Source of the DNA: Obrimoposthia wandeli
Lineage: Eukaryota
NCBI GenBank assembly: GCA_977020255.1
Contig: CDROCS010000356.1
Coordinates: 310,001 to 374,000, forward strand
Direction: 5' to 3'
Length of the DNA stretch: 64,000 nt
Below the pieces are notes generated by a model. It was not told the DNA's origin. It saw only the letters and a program-made list of their open reading frames with translations, and did not search any database. The position numbers were made by a program, and so were the translations under genes. This document shows positions 21,402 through 31,741 of this stretch, piece by piece (position 1 is the first letter of the stretch; every line of letters starts with the position of its first letter).

Positions 21402-21932
21402 ATGGCTGCAAATGCAACTATTCATAAAGCTTTAGTAAATATAGCAAATATGGACCACCACTATTATAAAGAACATAATTTAACACTAGCACAACATCCG
21501 TCTGAAAATAATTTGAGATTAATGGCTAGACTAATAGCTTTTATTTTAAATGCCAATGATGATTTGGTATTTTGCAAAGGGATATCCCAAGATGATGAGC
21601 CTGACTTATGGCAAAAATCCTTAGGTGGAGATATAGAAATGTGGATAGATTTGGGACAACCTGATGAAAAACGTATCAAAAAAGCATGTGGACGATCAGA
21701 AAAAGTAATAATATATACATTTAAAGAAAGTGTTGCAAATGCTTGGTTTAAACAAATAGAAAATTCTCTTACTCGATTTAGAAACCTTAGAATTATTTAT
21801 CTTGACATTGATGGTGATATAGAAGCACTTACAAACCGTTCAATGAATTTACAATGTAATATACTTGATAACGAACTTACATTAATAACTGACGATAAGA
21901 GTGTTGTAGTTACTCAAAATATATTTAAATAA
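21402..21932 (+). CDS. yaeQ: YaeQ-family protein
   Basis: ATIHKA, AQHPSE, DEPDLWQK, WIDLGQPDEKRIKKAC. Confidence 0.92.
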   Translation: MAANATIHKALVNIANMDHHYYKEHNLTLAQHPSENNLRLMARLIAFILNANDDLVFCKGISQDDEPDLWQKSLGGDIEMWIDLGQPDEKRIKKACGRSEKVIIYTFKESVANAWFKQIENSLTRFRNLRIIYLDIDGDIEALTNRSMNLQCNILDNELTLITDDKSVVVTQNIFK

Positions 21933-21944
21933 TATTTCTTGAGT

Positions 21945-21986
21945 TAAATACAATTAAATATCTTGTAATTAATTGTATTTATATTA
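21945..21986. repeat. Dispersed palindrome, copy 3
   Basis: 42 bp, a single mismatch versus copy 2. Confidence 0.85.
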
Positions 21987-21989
21987 AAT

Positions 21990-22619
21990 TTAAGCCCAAA
22001 GATTAAACTCAGGGAGATGGGATACGGCTTTAATAATATCTGTTTTTGAAACAATCCCAACTAATACATTGTGTTGATTTACAATAGGGATAGCATCAAT
22101 TTTAAAAGTTATCATAACTTTTGCAACTCTTCTTATATCTGAGACAGGATCTGTTGTTATTAATTCAGATAAATTTATTTCATTGAGTGTTTTACTAAGA
22201 GTTCTTATACCATTCTCGAAATCATCTAATAATAAATTTAAAATAATTTTTTTATCTATCATGCCGATAATTTTATTTCCTATTGTAACTATTGGTATTT
22301 GACTTACTTCATTTTCTTTTAATATCGAATAAGTTTCTTTTACAGTAGCATTTAAATCAACTGTCACACAGCTTTTTGTCATTATTTCACTGACATGATA
22401 AATAACTGTACTTGTATCCATATTAGCAATTTTTTTATACGAATTAATTGCAGTTTCTTTGTTTTTAGTATTTTGATCTAAGAAATCTCCTAAAGCATGA
22501 TACATCTCATCATCAGGTTTAAATCTGGATTCAGCCGCTTTATCAACATTTTTTAACTCATATAAATTATCTGTAGTACTTCTAAACTTTACGCTACCAT
22601 TATTATAAACTGCAAACAT
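21990..22619 (-). CDS. CBS-domain protein
   Basis: VSEIMTKSCVTV; IDAIPIV..LVGIVSKTDII. Confidence 0.85.
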   Translation of the reverse strand: MFAVYNNGSVKFRSTTDNLYELKNVDKAAESRFKPDDEMYHALGDFLDQNTKNKETAINSYKKIANMDTSTVIYHVSEIMTKSCVTVDLNATVKETYSILKENEVSQIPIVTIGNKIIGMIDKKIILNLLLDDFENGIRTLSKTLNEINLSELITTDPVSDIRRVAKVMITFKIDAIPIVNQHNVLVGIVSKTDIIKAVSHLPEFNLWA

Positions 22620-22629
22620 ATTTTCTCCT

Positions 22630-24231
22630 TTATACGTTTAATAATTCGTCATACATTGCTTTAGCCGTTTTATCTGTTTCAACAATGATATGTGAGAGTC
22701 CCAAACTAGCTAATGATTCTCGCTCTTCAAATGTATTAACTTTTACAATAGTTTTTTTATCTTGTGCCATTTCATGTACAACTTCACATATATGATTCAA
22801 CTTTTGACTATTACCTATAGATATGATGATTGAAGAAGATTCATCTATATGAACAGATTTTAATAAATCTTTTTTAGCAGCATTTCCATAAATCACAGGT
22901 AATCCTTCTTTTTGAGCCTGTTTAACAGTATTTATATCGTGCTCAATAGCTATAAATTCTCCGCCACTTGCATGTATAAGTTTTGAAATAGTTTTTCCTA
23001 GCCTACCATAACCAATCAAAATAATATGATTTTTTAATTTATCTATTTCTAACTGAGGATACTCAAGATTAGTATTCTTTGTTTTACTTAACACATCAGA
23101 AATCGAAGAAATATTTTTAAGTACAAAAGGAGTGATAATCATAGATATAACAACTGTCACTATTAATATTTGTCCTAAAGTTGGATCAATAAGATCTCGT
23201 GCAAAAGAAAGTTCAAAGATAACTAGTGCAAACTCACCTAATTGAAACAATGAGATGGCAGTTTTAAAAGACTCTCTTTTTGTTAAAACAAATTTCATAA
23301 TTATAAATAGTATTCCTACTTTTATTAGAATAATTACAGGTAATAGTATTGCAATAATACTTATGTTTTCAAATATTATTTTAAAATCAAGTTGCATCCC
23401 AACTGATACAAAAAACACACCCAATAATAAATCTCTAAAGGGAACAAGGTCAGCTTCTACTTGATGTTTATAGTGGGTTTCAGATATCATCATACCTGCA
23501 ATAAATGCGCCTAATGAGTAAGAAAAACCAAAAAGGTGTGCGAGATATGAACTTCCTATAACAATCATTAAAATAGAACTGATAAATATTTCATTTGATT
23601 TTGCTTTTGTAACTCTTAATAAAAAAGGTTCAAGTAGATATTTTCCAATTATAAATAAACCTACAAGTAAAATTACCGCATCTATAAATGTTTCAATTAG
23701 TAAAGAAGATACAGAACTACCTGAAGATGAAAATATAGTTATCATAAGTAAAATAGGTATCACGGCTATATCTTGAAATAATAATACGCCCAGTACATGT
23801 TTACCATAGACTTTATTTATATCACCATTTTCATTTAATAGTTTTAAAACTATTGCTGTTGAAGATAATGCAAGTGCTAGACCTATTATAATTGCTGATT
23901 TCATCTCTATATTAAAAAAGTAGTTACCTATAAAAGTAAATACAACCGCTGTTAAAATAACCTGAGATCCACCATATAAAAAAACTTCTTTTTTCATTCT
24001 ATTCAAGTGATTGATAGAAAATTCTAAACCAATGGTAAACATAAGAAAAACCACACCAAACTCTGCTATTTCTTTTAGTTCATGATTATCTACAGCACTA
24101 TGCAGATCAAAACTATAAGTAATGATTGTTCCAGTAGCTATATATCCAATGATTGTAGGTATTCCAAATTTTTTTAAAAACAGGTTTAAAAAAGTTGAAA
24201 TGAAAATGGTAAATATAATAATCTCAAGCAT
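22630..24231 (-). CDS. CPA2 K+/H+ antiporter with C-terminal KTN/TrkA-N domain (KefB/C-like)
   Basis: AEFGVVFLMFTIGLE, LSSTAIV, LLFQDI, GAFIAG, IGYGRLG, YGNA. Confidence 0.9.
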   Translation of the reverse strand: MLEIIIFTIFISTFLNLFLKKFGIPTIIGYIATGTIITYSFDLHSAVDNHELKEIAEFGVVFLMFTIGLEFSINHLNRMKKEVFLYGGSQVILTAVVFTFIGNYFFNIEMKSAIIIGLALALSSTAIVLKLLNENGDINKVYGKHVLGVLLFQDIAVIPILLMITIFSSSGSSVSSLLIETFIDAVILLVGLFIIGKYLLEPFLLRVTKAKSNEIFISSILMIVIGSSYLAHLFGFSYSLGAFIAGMMISETHYKHQVEADLVPFRDLLLGVFFVSVGMQLDFKIIFENISIIAILLPVIILIKVGILFIIMKFVLTKRESFKTAISLFQLGEFALVIFELSFARDLIDPTLGQILIVTVVISMIITPFVLKNISSISDVLSKTKNTNLEYPQLEIDKLKNHIILIGYGRLGKTISKLIHASGGEFIAIEHDINTVKQAQKEGLPVIYGNAAKKDLLKSVHIDESSSIIISIGNSQKLNHICEVVHEMAQDKKTIVKVNTFEERESLASLGLSHIIVETDKTAKAMYDELLNV

Positions 24232-24318
24232 TACTTATTCTTTGATGCTATGATTACAAATATGATTACTACAAAAACTAATCCCATAAATGCAATTATT
24301 TCAATGTTTTCCATTTTA

Positions 24319-25023
24319 TTATCTCCTTTTTGATTTATTTGATCGATTTTTAGATTGTCGATCTTGGTTAAATTTATATTTAGCATTTTTCAAAACATCA
24401 ACTACCTCTATAGAAAGCTTTTGCATCTGTAAAATTACTTTTTTCTTGTCGTCAGCCACAGTTTGTGCATACACTTCAAACTTTTCTATTAAATGTAAAG
24501 TGTCATATTTTTTTATAAAAGGGTATAAAATGCTTGATTTTTCCTCCTCTTGGAACCAGATACTTAACATACTTATCACAAGTAGTTCTGGAACTGCTTC
24601 AGTTTTTGATGGAAATTGAGTAGATATTCTTTTTGCCATTGAATCATAATATGTTATTAATGGTTCTTCATATTTAGCAAGTTTTCTTAAATCATGATTG
24701 AGAGGAGCTTTTTTAGCATTTTGAACAAGTTTTATAAGATAATCTACATTTATCACATATTTTTGTAAGTCTGTTAATAACTCTCGCAATGCATTGTACA
24801 CATACTTTGTATCCTCTTCATCTTTCAATATTAATTTGTTATTTTTTGTATCAATCCGGTCAAAATACCTTTCCAATGCTGTTCTAGAAAAAACTAAAAT
24901 TGCTTCAGTTTTGACATCTCGAATTATTCTTGGTTTTATTCTGTTTTCACAATAATCCATTATTGAAAATATTTCCTTCTCTTGCATCTCTTTTAACATA
25001 CTATACTCTCCCACAAATTTCAT
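24319..25023 (-). CDS. Hypothetical protein
   Basis: 234 aa ORF; no recognised motif. Confidence 0.6.
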   Translation of the reverse strand: MKFVGEYSMLKEMQEKEIFSIMDYCENRIKPRIIRDVKTEAILVFSRTALERYFDRIDTKNNKLILKDEEDTKYVYNALRELLTDLQKYVINVDYLIKLVQNAKKAPLNHDLRKLAKYEEPLITYYDSMAKRISTQFPSKTEAVPELLVISMLSIWFQEEEKSSILYPFIKKYDTLHLIEKFEVYAQTVADDKKKVILQMQKLSIEVVDVLKNAKYKFNQDRQSKNRSNKSKRR

Positions 25024-25076
25024 AACATATTTATATGTTAAAACTATAGTATTATTATGTCAATTTCAATAGGTAT

Positions 25077-25099
25077 TATTTCTTGACAATTTCTTGATG
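25077..25099 (-). promoter_or_regulatory. Tandem TCAAGAAA direct repeat (11 bp period), putative response-regulator box
   Basis: TATTTCTTGACAATTTCTTGATG; 22/23 identical to 28936-28958. Confidence 0.6.
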
Positions 25100-25235
25100 C
25101 TTTTATCTTTATAGTTCAAATAATATATTATTATAAATTAAGAAATATTATCTATAATTAGAATACGTTAACAAGATAAATAACAAAGGCAAATATAGTG
25201 CTATTAAAGAAACTAAAAGATGTTGAATTTACATT

Positions 25236-25721
25236 ATGAGAAAAAAAATAAAGAAGATTTCAAATAATGAGCGTATTAATAAGTTTTTAGAAAAATACAA
25301 TATATCCAAAGTATATTTATCAAATAATCGTGAGATGGTTAGTAAAGGAACTTTAATAGGTTTATTTATAGCTCTTATGCCTATTCCTTTACAAATGCTA
25401 GTTATTATTTTACTGATGAGATTTTTTAAATTTAATTTACCAATAGCACTTCTACTATGTTGGATTACGAATCCATTTACTATGCCATTTATTTATTATG
25501 CAGAATATGTAGTAGGAAGTTTTTTATTAAATATAGAAATTGGAACTATTCAGATGACAGTTGAATGGTTTAATCAAAACTTCCAAGATATCTTTATCCC
25601 TTTATATTTTGGGGCATTTGTTTTAGCGTCTATAATAAGTGTGATTGCATACTTTTTACTGAACTTCCTGTGGATATATTTTGTAAAAAAGAATAAAAAA
25701 ATACATTATACTAAACGATAA
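25236..25721 (+). CDS. DUF2062-family membrane protein
   Basis: GTLIGLFIALMP, WITNPFT. Confidence 0.8.
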   Translation: MRKKIKKISNNERINKFLEKYNISKVYLSNNREMVSKGTLIGLFIALMPIPLQMLVIILLMRFFKFNLPIALLLCWITNPFTMPFIYYAEYVVGSFLLNIEIGTIQMTVEWFNQNFQDIFIPLYFGAFVLASIISVIAYFLLNFLWIYFVKKNKKIHYTKR

Positions 25722-25723
25722 AG

Positions 25724-26830
25724 CTATCTCTGTTGTCTATCAAAAAAGATAAAAAATACATTTTGTGAGTTTTCATATTTATGTAACAAACTCAAGTCAT
25801 GCATTTGTAAAATTTTATTTACAATATTTAGACCAAGTCCATGACCCAACTGTTGGTTTGGTTCTCTTGTAAATGGTTGTAAATAATAGATTAAATCATT
25901 CGAAAGTTTATTTGAACTATTTTTGATATAGAGTTCATCTTTAATCGATTCTATAGTAATAGGATATTTTATACTATATTTCATGGCATTATCTATAAGG
26001 TTTTTTAATACAATTGTTAAATAATAAAAATCCCCTGATATACTAAAATCATCAATAATATTTACTTCAACTTTTGATTCATCATCAATAGAGAGTTTTG
26101 ACAATGATTCTAAAATTAAGGTTGTAACTTTAAAAATGGATTGGTTTAATACAGCAAAATTAAGCTTTTCTCTTTCTAGCAGTTTACTTGTAAGTGTTTC
26201 GATATCATAAAAAACATTATTTATATTTTTAACTAAAGTTTCGTCAGCACTTTGCTTTATTTGCTCAATTAAAAATTTACCTTTTGTGATAGGAGTTTTT
26301 AACTCATGGCTAATATTTCGTAAAAGTTCTTCTCTAGAATGGATAATTTCTTCTTGCTTTTCTAAATAACTATTTAGATTTGTAGTTATCTGGCTTAACT
26401 CATTATTCTTACCTAAATCTATTTTGATACTATTTTCATCATTGCTTAACAATTGTAAAACACCAGAGTTTAGTTTAGATAACATCACTTTAATTTCATT
26501 GATTAGTTTAGTCGATATTATAAAAGACAAAGCAAATGCAATAAACAAAAGAACTAAAAGTTCAATCTTTATTTTATCAATAAAATCATCTTTGTCATTT
26601 TCAATTTCTTGAAGTTCATTTTTTAGAATACCAATATCTTCAGCAATATGAAGATCAATATTTGTATCAATATTTATAAAAAGTTCATCAATAATTTTAT
26701 CATATTTATCATTTTGAGATAAATGTATTGAGTTCAAATTAAATATAGTATAGAAAAAAACACCTATAATAAAAACAATAATAAGCAAAATCATTGAAAA
26801 TGAGATATAAAGTCTTTTTTTAATTGTCAT
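25724..26830 (-). CDS. Sensor histidine kinase (ArsS/RacS-like)
   Basis: ISHELKTPIT, NLIDNAMKY, GHGLGL. Confidence 0.88.
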   Translation of the reverse strand: MTIKKRLYISFSMILLIIVFIIGVFFYTIFNLNSIHLSQNDKYDKIIDELFINIDTNIDLHIAEDIGILKNELQEIENDKDDFIDKIKIELLVLLFIAFALSFIISTKLINEIKVMLSKLNSGVLQLLSNDENSIKIDLGKNNELSQITTNLNSYLEKQEEIIHSREELLRNISHELKTPITKGKFLIEQIKQSADETLVKNINNVFYDIETLTSKLLEREKLNFAVLNQSIFKVTTLILESLSKLSIDDESKVEVNIIDDFSISGDFYYLTIVLKNLIDNAMKYSIKYPITIESIKDELYIKNSSNKLSNDLIYYLQPFTREPNQQLGHGLGLNIVNKILQMHDLSLLHKYENSQNVFFIFFDRQQR

Positions 26831-27500
26831 TTATAAATTTATATCCTATTCCCCATATAGATTTGATGTATTTTGGTTCTTTTGAATCATCATTAATTTT
26901 AAATCTAATATTACTTACATGCATATCAATTGTTCTATTTTTAGTATCTTCTTTTAATGAGCTTTGTTTTATGATATTTTCTCGTGATATGATAATATTT
27001 ATATTATCAATAAGTATAAAAAAGATTTCTGATTCAATTTTTGTAAACTCTATTTCTGTATTATCGTACATAACACGTTTATTATTTTTATCGATAACTA
27101 GTTCATTGATTTTAATTAAATCAGTAGTAGAATATCTTTTTAATGTTGCTTCAATCCGTAATACTAATTCTCTTGGTTCATACGGTTTTGATAAATAATC
27201 ATCAGCACCAAGTTCAAAACCGTATATTTTATTGCCTATATCATCACGGGCAGTAGAGATGATGATTGGTATGTTTTTTATCTCTTTGAGCTTTTTAAAA
27301 AGATCAAATCCATCCATCCCTGGTAAACCAAGATCTAAAATTACAATATCATATTGTTGAAAGTTAGTAGAGAACTCTTCAAGTGCTTCAGTAGGATATG
27401 TAAAGATGGTAGATTTATAATTATAATCTTTTAAAAAATTACTGATTAAATTTTGTAAATCTAAATCATCTTCAATCAGTAAAACGTTTTTTATTTGCAA
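26820..27500 (-). CDS. OmpR-family response regulator
   Basis: LLIEDD, ILDLGLPGMDG, GADDYLSKP, RTIDMHVSNIR, SIWGIGY. Confidence 0.93.
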   Translation of the reverse strand: MQIKNVLLIEDDLDLQNLISNFLKDYNYKSTIFTYPTEALEEFSTNFQQYDIVILDLGLPGMDGFDLFKKLKEIKNIPIIISTARDDIGNKIYGFELGADDYLSKPYEPRELVLRIEATLKRYSTTDLIKINELVIDKNNKRVMYDNTEIEFTKIESEIFFILIDNINIIISRENIIKQSSLKEDTKNRTIDMHVSNIRFKINDDSKEPKYIKSIWGIGYKFINDN

Positions 27501-27502
27501 GT

Positions 27503-28840
27503 CTATTCAGCCTCTTTTTTAGAAACCATTCTTAACCAAAAATAACCAAACAATCCAGCAAATAAAGAAGCACACAATACGCCTATTTTAGCTTGAAAAA
27601 TAAGTTCAGGGCTATTTATAAAAGCAAGGTCTGCTACAAAAATAGACATTGTAAAACCAATACCACCTAAAAATGCTACACCAAATATTTGACTCATTGT
27701 ACTATTTTCAGGTAACTTTGCAATTTTTAATTTAATAGCTATCCACGCAACTCCAAAAATTCCAATAACTTTTCCAAGTATTAATCCTCCAATAATCCCT
27801 AAAGAAACAGGCTCTACAATAGTACTTCCAATAGAACTAAAATCGATACTTATACCAGCATTTGCTAATGCAAAAAGAGGAATAACAATAAGGGCAACAG
27901 GAAGATGTAAATCATGTTCAAGTTTGGCAGCTGGTGTTCCTACAGCATCGATTTTATCTTTTATATTTAAAAGTAATGCTTTTTGGTTCTCATGCATAAC
28001 ATTATCAGTTGAAACGGGATATTTACCATAATCATCCAGTAAATTTTTTGTATCATCGACAAAGGAAAATGGTGTTTCTTTGGGTTTAGAAGGAATTGTT
28101 AATGCTGCTATTACTCCTGCTATTGTTGCATGAACACCAGACTCTAGCATAAAAAACCACATTAATAATCCAACAATAAAATAAGGTAATATCATATGAA
28201 TACCAAATCTATTAAATGAAATCATAATTAAAAACATAACTCCAGCAAGACCAAGTGCCATCATATTAATAGTATCTGTATAAAAAATTGCTATTACTAA
28301 AACAGCTCCTAAATCATCCACAATAGCCAGTGCAACTAAAAAAGTCACAAGAGCCGCTGGTACTCTTTTACCTAATAATACCAATGCACTAATCGCAAAA
28401 GCAATATCTGTAGCCATTGGGATTCCCCAACCCCCTGCTCCTGCTGTTCCATAATTTATGTATAAATAAATTAATGCTGGAAAAACCATTCCACCAATAG
28501 CTGCAAGTATAGGTAACATAGCCACTTTAATGTTTGATAATTCACCTGCTAAAATCTCTCTTTTAATCTCTAATCCAATTATAAAGAAAAAGATTGCCAT
28601 AAGACCATCATTTATCCAATGATGTAAAGAATGAGACAATGCCCATGAGCCGATATTTAAATCTATTTTCATATGAAAAAAGTGAGCATAAATTTCAGAT
28701 AAAGGTGAATTAGCAAGGATGAGTGCAAGTATAGTCATAAACATCAATACTAAACCAGTAGTTGTTTGTGCATGCAAGAAATGTTCAAACGGTGTTGATA
28801 GTCTTTTAAAAGCCTTTTCCCAAGGTGCGTATAGTTTCAT
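27503..28840 (-). CDS. nhaA: Na+/H+ antiporter NhaA
   Basis: WINDGLMAIFF, GWGIPMATDIAF, LAIVDDLGA, GIGFTMS. Confidence 0.95.
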   Translation of the reverse strand: MKLYAPWEKAFKRLSTPFEHFLHAQTTTGLVLMFMTILALILANSPLSEIYAHFFHMKIDLNIGSWALSHSLHHWINDGLMAIFFFIIGLEIKREILAGELSNIKVAMLPILAAIGGMVFPALIYLYINYGTAGAGGWGIPMATDIAFAISALVLLGKRVPAALVTFLVALAIVDDLGAVLVIAIFYTDTINMMALGLAGVMFLIMISFNRFGIHMILPYFIVGLLMWFFMLESGVHATIAGVIAALTIPSKPKETPFSFVDDTKNLLDDYGKYPVSTDNVMHENQKALLLNIKDKIDAVGTPAAKLEHDLHLPVALIVIPLFALANAGISIDFSSIGSTIVEPVSLGIIGGLILGKVIGIFGVAWIAIKLKIAKLPENSTMSQIFGVAFLGGIGFTMSIFVADLAFINSPELIFQAKIGVLCASLFAGLFGYFWLRMVSKKEAE

Positions 28841-28935
28841 TTTGTTTTCCTACTCTTCTTTATTTTGTATATTAAATAACAAATATTTAATTCTTTAACA
28901 TATTGTATCAATAAAATGTAAATTTGCAAAGCAAC

Positions 28936-28958
28936 TATTTCTTGACACTTTCTTGATG
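28936..28958 (-). promoter_or_regulatory. Tandem TCAAGAAA direct repeat upstream of nhaA
   Basis: TATTTCTTGACACTTTCTTGATG, about 100 bp upstream of the nhaA start. Confidence 0.6.
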
Positions 28959-28985
28959 ATTAAAATATCATATAATTTTAGTCAT

Positions 28986-29032
28986 AAAAAAACCCTTATA
29001 AAAGTACTTTCGAAGTAAATTTAACAAGGGTT
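28986..29032 (-). terminator. Intrinsic terminator after the displaced methyltransferase 3' end
   Basis: AACCCTT / AAGGGTT stem followed by a T7 tract on the minus strand. Confidence 0.55.
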
Positions 29033-29047
29033 CATTAAAGGATAATT

Positions 29048-29316
29048 TTACTTATTTAATTTATCTGTCAAACCTTTTCCAAAAGCCTCTTCTATATAGG
29101 GGTTTACTTGCCATTCATTTTTGAACTCTTTGTATTCTTTTAAAACTTTATCTATGTTTGAATTATTATCAAAAAAAGCTCTTATCATTATATTTTTAGG
29201 AGTATGTTCCATATCTATGAACTCCAACACTTGTGTACGATAACCCATTATTTCTAATACATTTGCTCTTACGCTATCTGTAAGGAGCGAAGCTAGTTTT
29301 TCTTTTATGATTCCAT
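29048..29316 (-). pseudogene. Displaced 3' end (88 codons) of the SAM-methyltransferase gene at 36672-37889
   Basis: About 85% nt identity, no indels, to 36682-36937; homology ends abruptly at 29316. Confidence 0.9.
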
Positions 29317-29407
29317 TAAATTTAATTCAGTCATACTAACAAAAAAGGAAATCAAAAAGTAATAGAATTTTGGATAAAATAAAAGCTAAAATATTGTAAA
29401 TAAAAGA

Positions 29408-31741
29408 GTGGCTATGAAATTAGAAGAACTATTTGAAAAAGATGAAATAATTATTGAAAATGGAAAAAAAGAACCTAAAATAGTTTATAGTCCAAAAATT
29501 GTAAATAATAAAATATTTATTCCTTTAAAAAATGAATACAGAAATATTACAAATCAACCAATAGAACTTATAAGACAAAATTTTATTTGTAAGCTAATAA
29601 ATGATTATGGTTACACGCTAAATCAAATGGATCAAGAAGTAGAATTTAAAACTTTGAAAAATGATATAGGATATGTAACTGCTAACCTTGTTATTTGGAA
29701 AGATGAGTTTGAAAAGAAAAAGAATAAATCTGCGTTAATGGTAGTAGAATTTAAAACAGAAAAAACATTAAAAGTTGAAGATTGTTATCAAGGGTATTAT
29801 TATGCTACTAAAAATAAAGCCAAACTTTTTGCTATCTCAAATGGAAACGAACTTCAAGTATACAGAACGGTTGAAAATGAATTTCCAATAGTAAAAAATA
29901 TTCCAATGGCTAATGATTTATTTGATAATAAGAAACTAGAAGAAGCATTAGGTCAAACTAAAGAGTTTACAGGTGATGAATTTGCGAAACTACTTCATAA
30001 ATGTCATAATATTATACGAAACAATGATAAATTATCTCCAGAAGCTTCATTTGATGAGATTAGCAAAATATTGTTTATAAAAATAAGATATGAAAAAAAT
30101 CCAATACAAGAATCCATATTTTCTTTTAAACAATTTGAGCAACTAAAACAAAACCATCTTCAAGTGTTTAAAAAAGAAAATGCCAATCTAATAAAATATG
30201 AAGAACAAAATAAAACAAAATATATTAAATCTGGGGATTTTAAAAAAGCAGAAGAGATTGATAGGAAGATTATTGAATTAAAAAAAGAAGAGCCATTATC
30301 TTATATTCAAGAGCTGTTTAATGAAACTAAAAAAACATTTGAATCAGATGATATTTTTGATCAAAATGAGAAGATAAAACTTAGAGAAAAAAGTTTTGAG
30401 CAAATTGTAAAAGAGTTAGAAATATACAACCTTACTTCAACTAGTGCTGATATAAAGGGTATAGCTTTTGAAAAATTTCTAGGTCGAACTTTTAGGGGAG
30501 AGTTAGGACAGTTTTTTACGCCAAGAGCCATTGTTGATTTTATAGTTGATTTACTTGATCCTCAAGAAGATGAGCTTATCTGTGATCCATGTGCAGGTAG
30601 TGGTGGATTCTTGATAAAAAGTTTTGAAAGTGTTAAGAATAAAATAGATACAGAATTTATAAAAATAAAGAAAGAGAAACAAAAAGAACTTTTTGGAGAA
30701 AATCTAGAAAATATTTCTTCTAAAAATCTACAAAATAAATATGATAAATTTTTAGAAGAGATAAATAAAAAACAAGAAATAAAAATCGAAAAACTTTCAA
30801 AAAAATCTATTTTTGGAACAGATGCTAATCCACGTATGGCAAGAGTATCAAAAATGAATATGATAATGCATGGGGATGGTCATAATGGTATTCATCATAA
30901 TGATGGACTTTTAAATGTAAATGGTATATTTAGAAATAGATTTGATATGATAGTAACAAATCCACCATTTGGAACAAACCTTGATAAGAAATTTCCAATA
31001 GTTGAAAATGATGACAAGTATGACAATCCAATAATGATAGAAAAATATACTAAAGAGTATGGTGATGTATATATTAAAGAGATGGAACAAGTTACAAAAA
31101 ATATAGACAAACCTATACGAGGGCTTTTTGGTAAAGTCGGTGACAAATCTGGAGCTACAGAAGTGTTATTTATAGAAAGATGCTTAGATTTACTTAAACC
31201 AGGTGGAAGAATGGGTATTGTTCTTCCTGAAGGTGTTTTAAATAGTTCAAATTTACAAAGCATCAGAGAACATTTTGAAAGCAGAGCTAAAATAATTCTT
31301 ATTGTTTCTCTTCCTCAAGAGATATTTATAAGTTCAGGTGCTACAGTAAAAACAAGTCTAGTTTTTTTTAAAAAGTTTACAGAAAAAGAATTAGAACAGT
31401 ATCGAAATATAAAAATCGAAACTACAAAAGAGATAGAAACTACATTTAAAAAGGATAGAGAACTTCTTGAATCAAGATTAAAATTAAAAGGTGAAGAAGT
31501 TTTAAGTGCAGAAGAAAAGAAAATAGTCAGAGCTAAATTAAAAGAATTAAAAACACAAAGTGATGATAAAATTACTGTAAAAGTAAAAGAAGAATTTGAT
31601 TATGAAATTCCAATTTCAGATATAAAAAAAGCAGGTATCACATCTACTGGAGCAAAAGGAGACAATCAACTTCCTGAACTTTTAAAAGCATATACGGAAT
31701 ATAGAAAGAAAAATAATCTTTGGGCAAGAAACAATGACTAG
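29408..31741 (+). CDS. Restriction endonuclease (HsdR_N-like) fused to N6-adenine MTase (type IIB/IIG-like RM subunit)
   Basis: N-terminal QMDQEV..LMVVEFK..FAISNG; CHNIIRNND; GQFFTPR; DPCAGSGGFL (motif I); TNPPFG (motif IV). Confidence 0.85.
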   Translation: MAMKLEELFEKDEIIIENGKKEPKIVYSPKIVNNKIFIPLKNEYRNITNQPIELIRQNFICKLINDYGYTLNQMDQEVEFKTLKNDIGYVTANLVIWKDEFEKKKNKSALMVVEFKTEKTLKVEDCYQGYYYATKNKAKLFAISNGNELQVYRTVENEFPIVKNIPMANDLFDNKKLEEALGQTKEFTGDEFAKLLHKCHNIIRNNDKLSPEASFDEISKILFIKIRYEKNPIQESIFSFKQFEQLKQNHLQVFKKENANLIKYEEQNKTKYIKSGDFKKAEEIDRKIIELKKEEPLSYIQELFNETKKTFESDDIFDQNEKIKLREKSFEQIVKELEIYNLTSTSADIKGIAFEKFLGRTFRGELGQFFTPRAIVDFIVDLLDPQEDELICDPCAGSGGFLIKSFESVKNKIDTEFIKIKKEKQKELFGENLENISSKNLQNKYDKFLEEINKKQEIKIEKLSKKSIFGTDANPRMARVSKMNMIMHGDGHNGIHHNDGLLNVNGIFRNRFDMIVTNPPFGTNLDKKFPIVENDDKYDNPIMIEKYTKEYGDVYIKEMEQVTKNIDKPIRGLFGKVGDKSGATEVLFIERCLDLLKPGGRMGIVLPEGVLNSSNLQSIREHFESRAKIILIVSLPQEIFISSGATVKTSLVFFKKFTEKELEQYRNIKIETTKEIETTFKKDRELLESRLKLKGEEVLSAEEKKIVRAKLKELKTQSDDKITVKVKEEFDYEIPISDIKKAGITSTGAKGDNQLPELLKAYTEYRKKNNLWARNND

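Noticed and set aside
29048-29248. 66 aa ORF as an independent gene
   Set aside because: It is the displaced duplicate of the methyltransferase 3' end; its ATG is an internal Met
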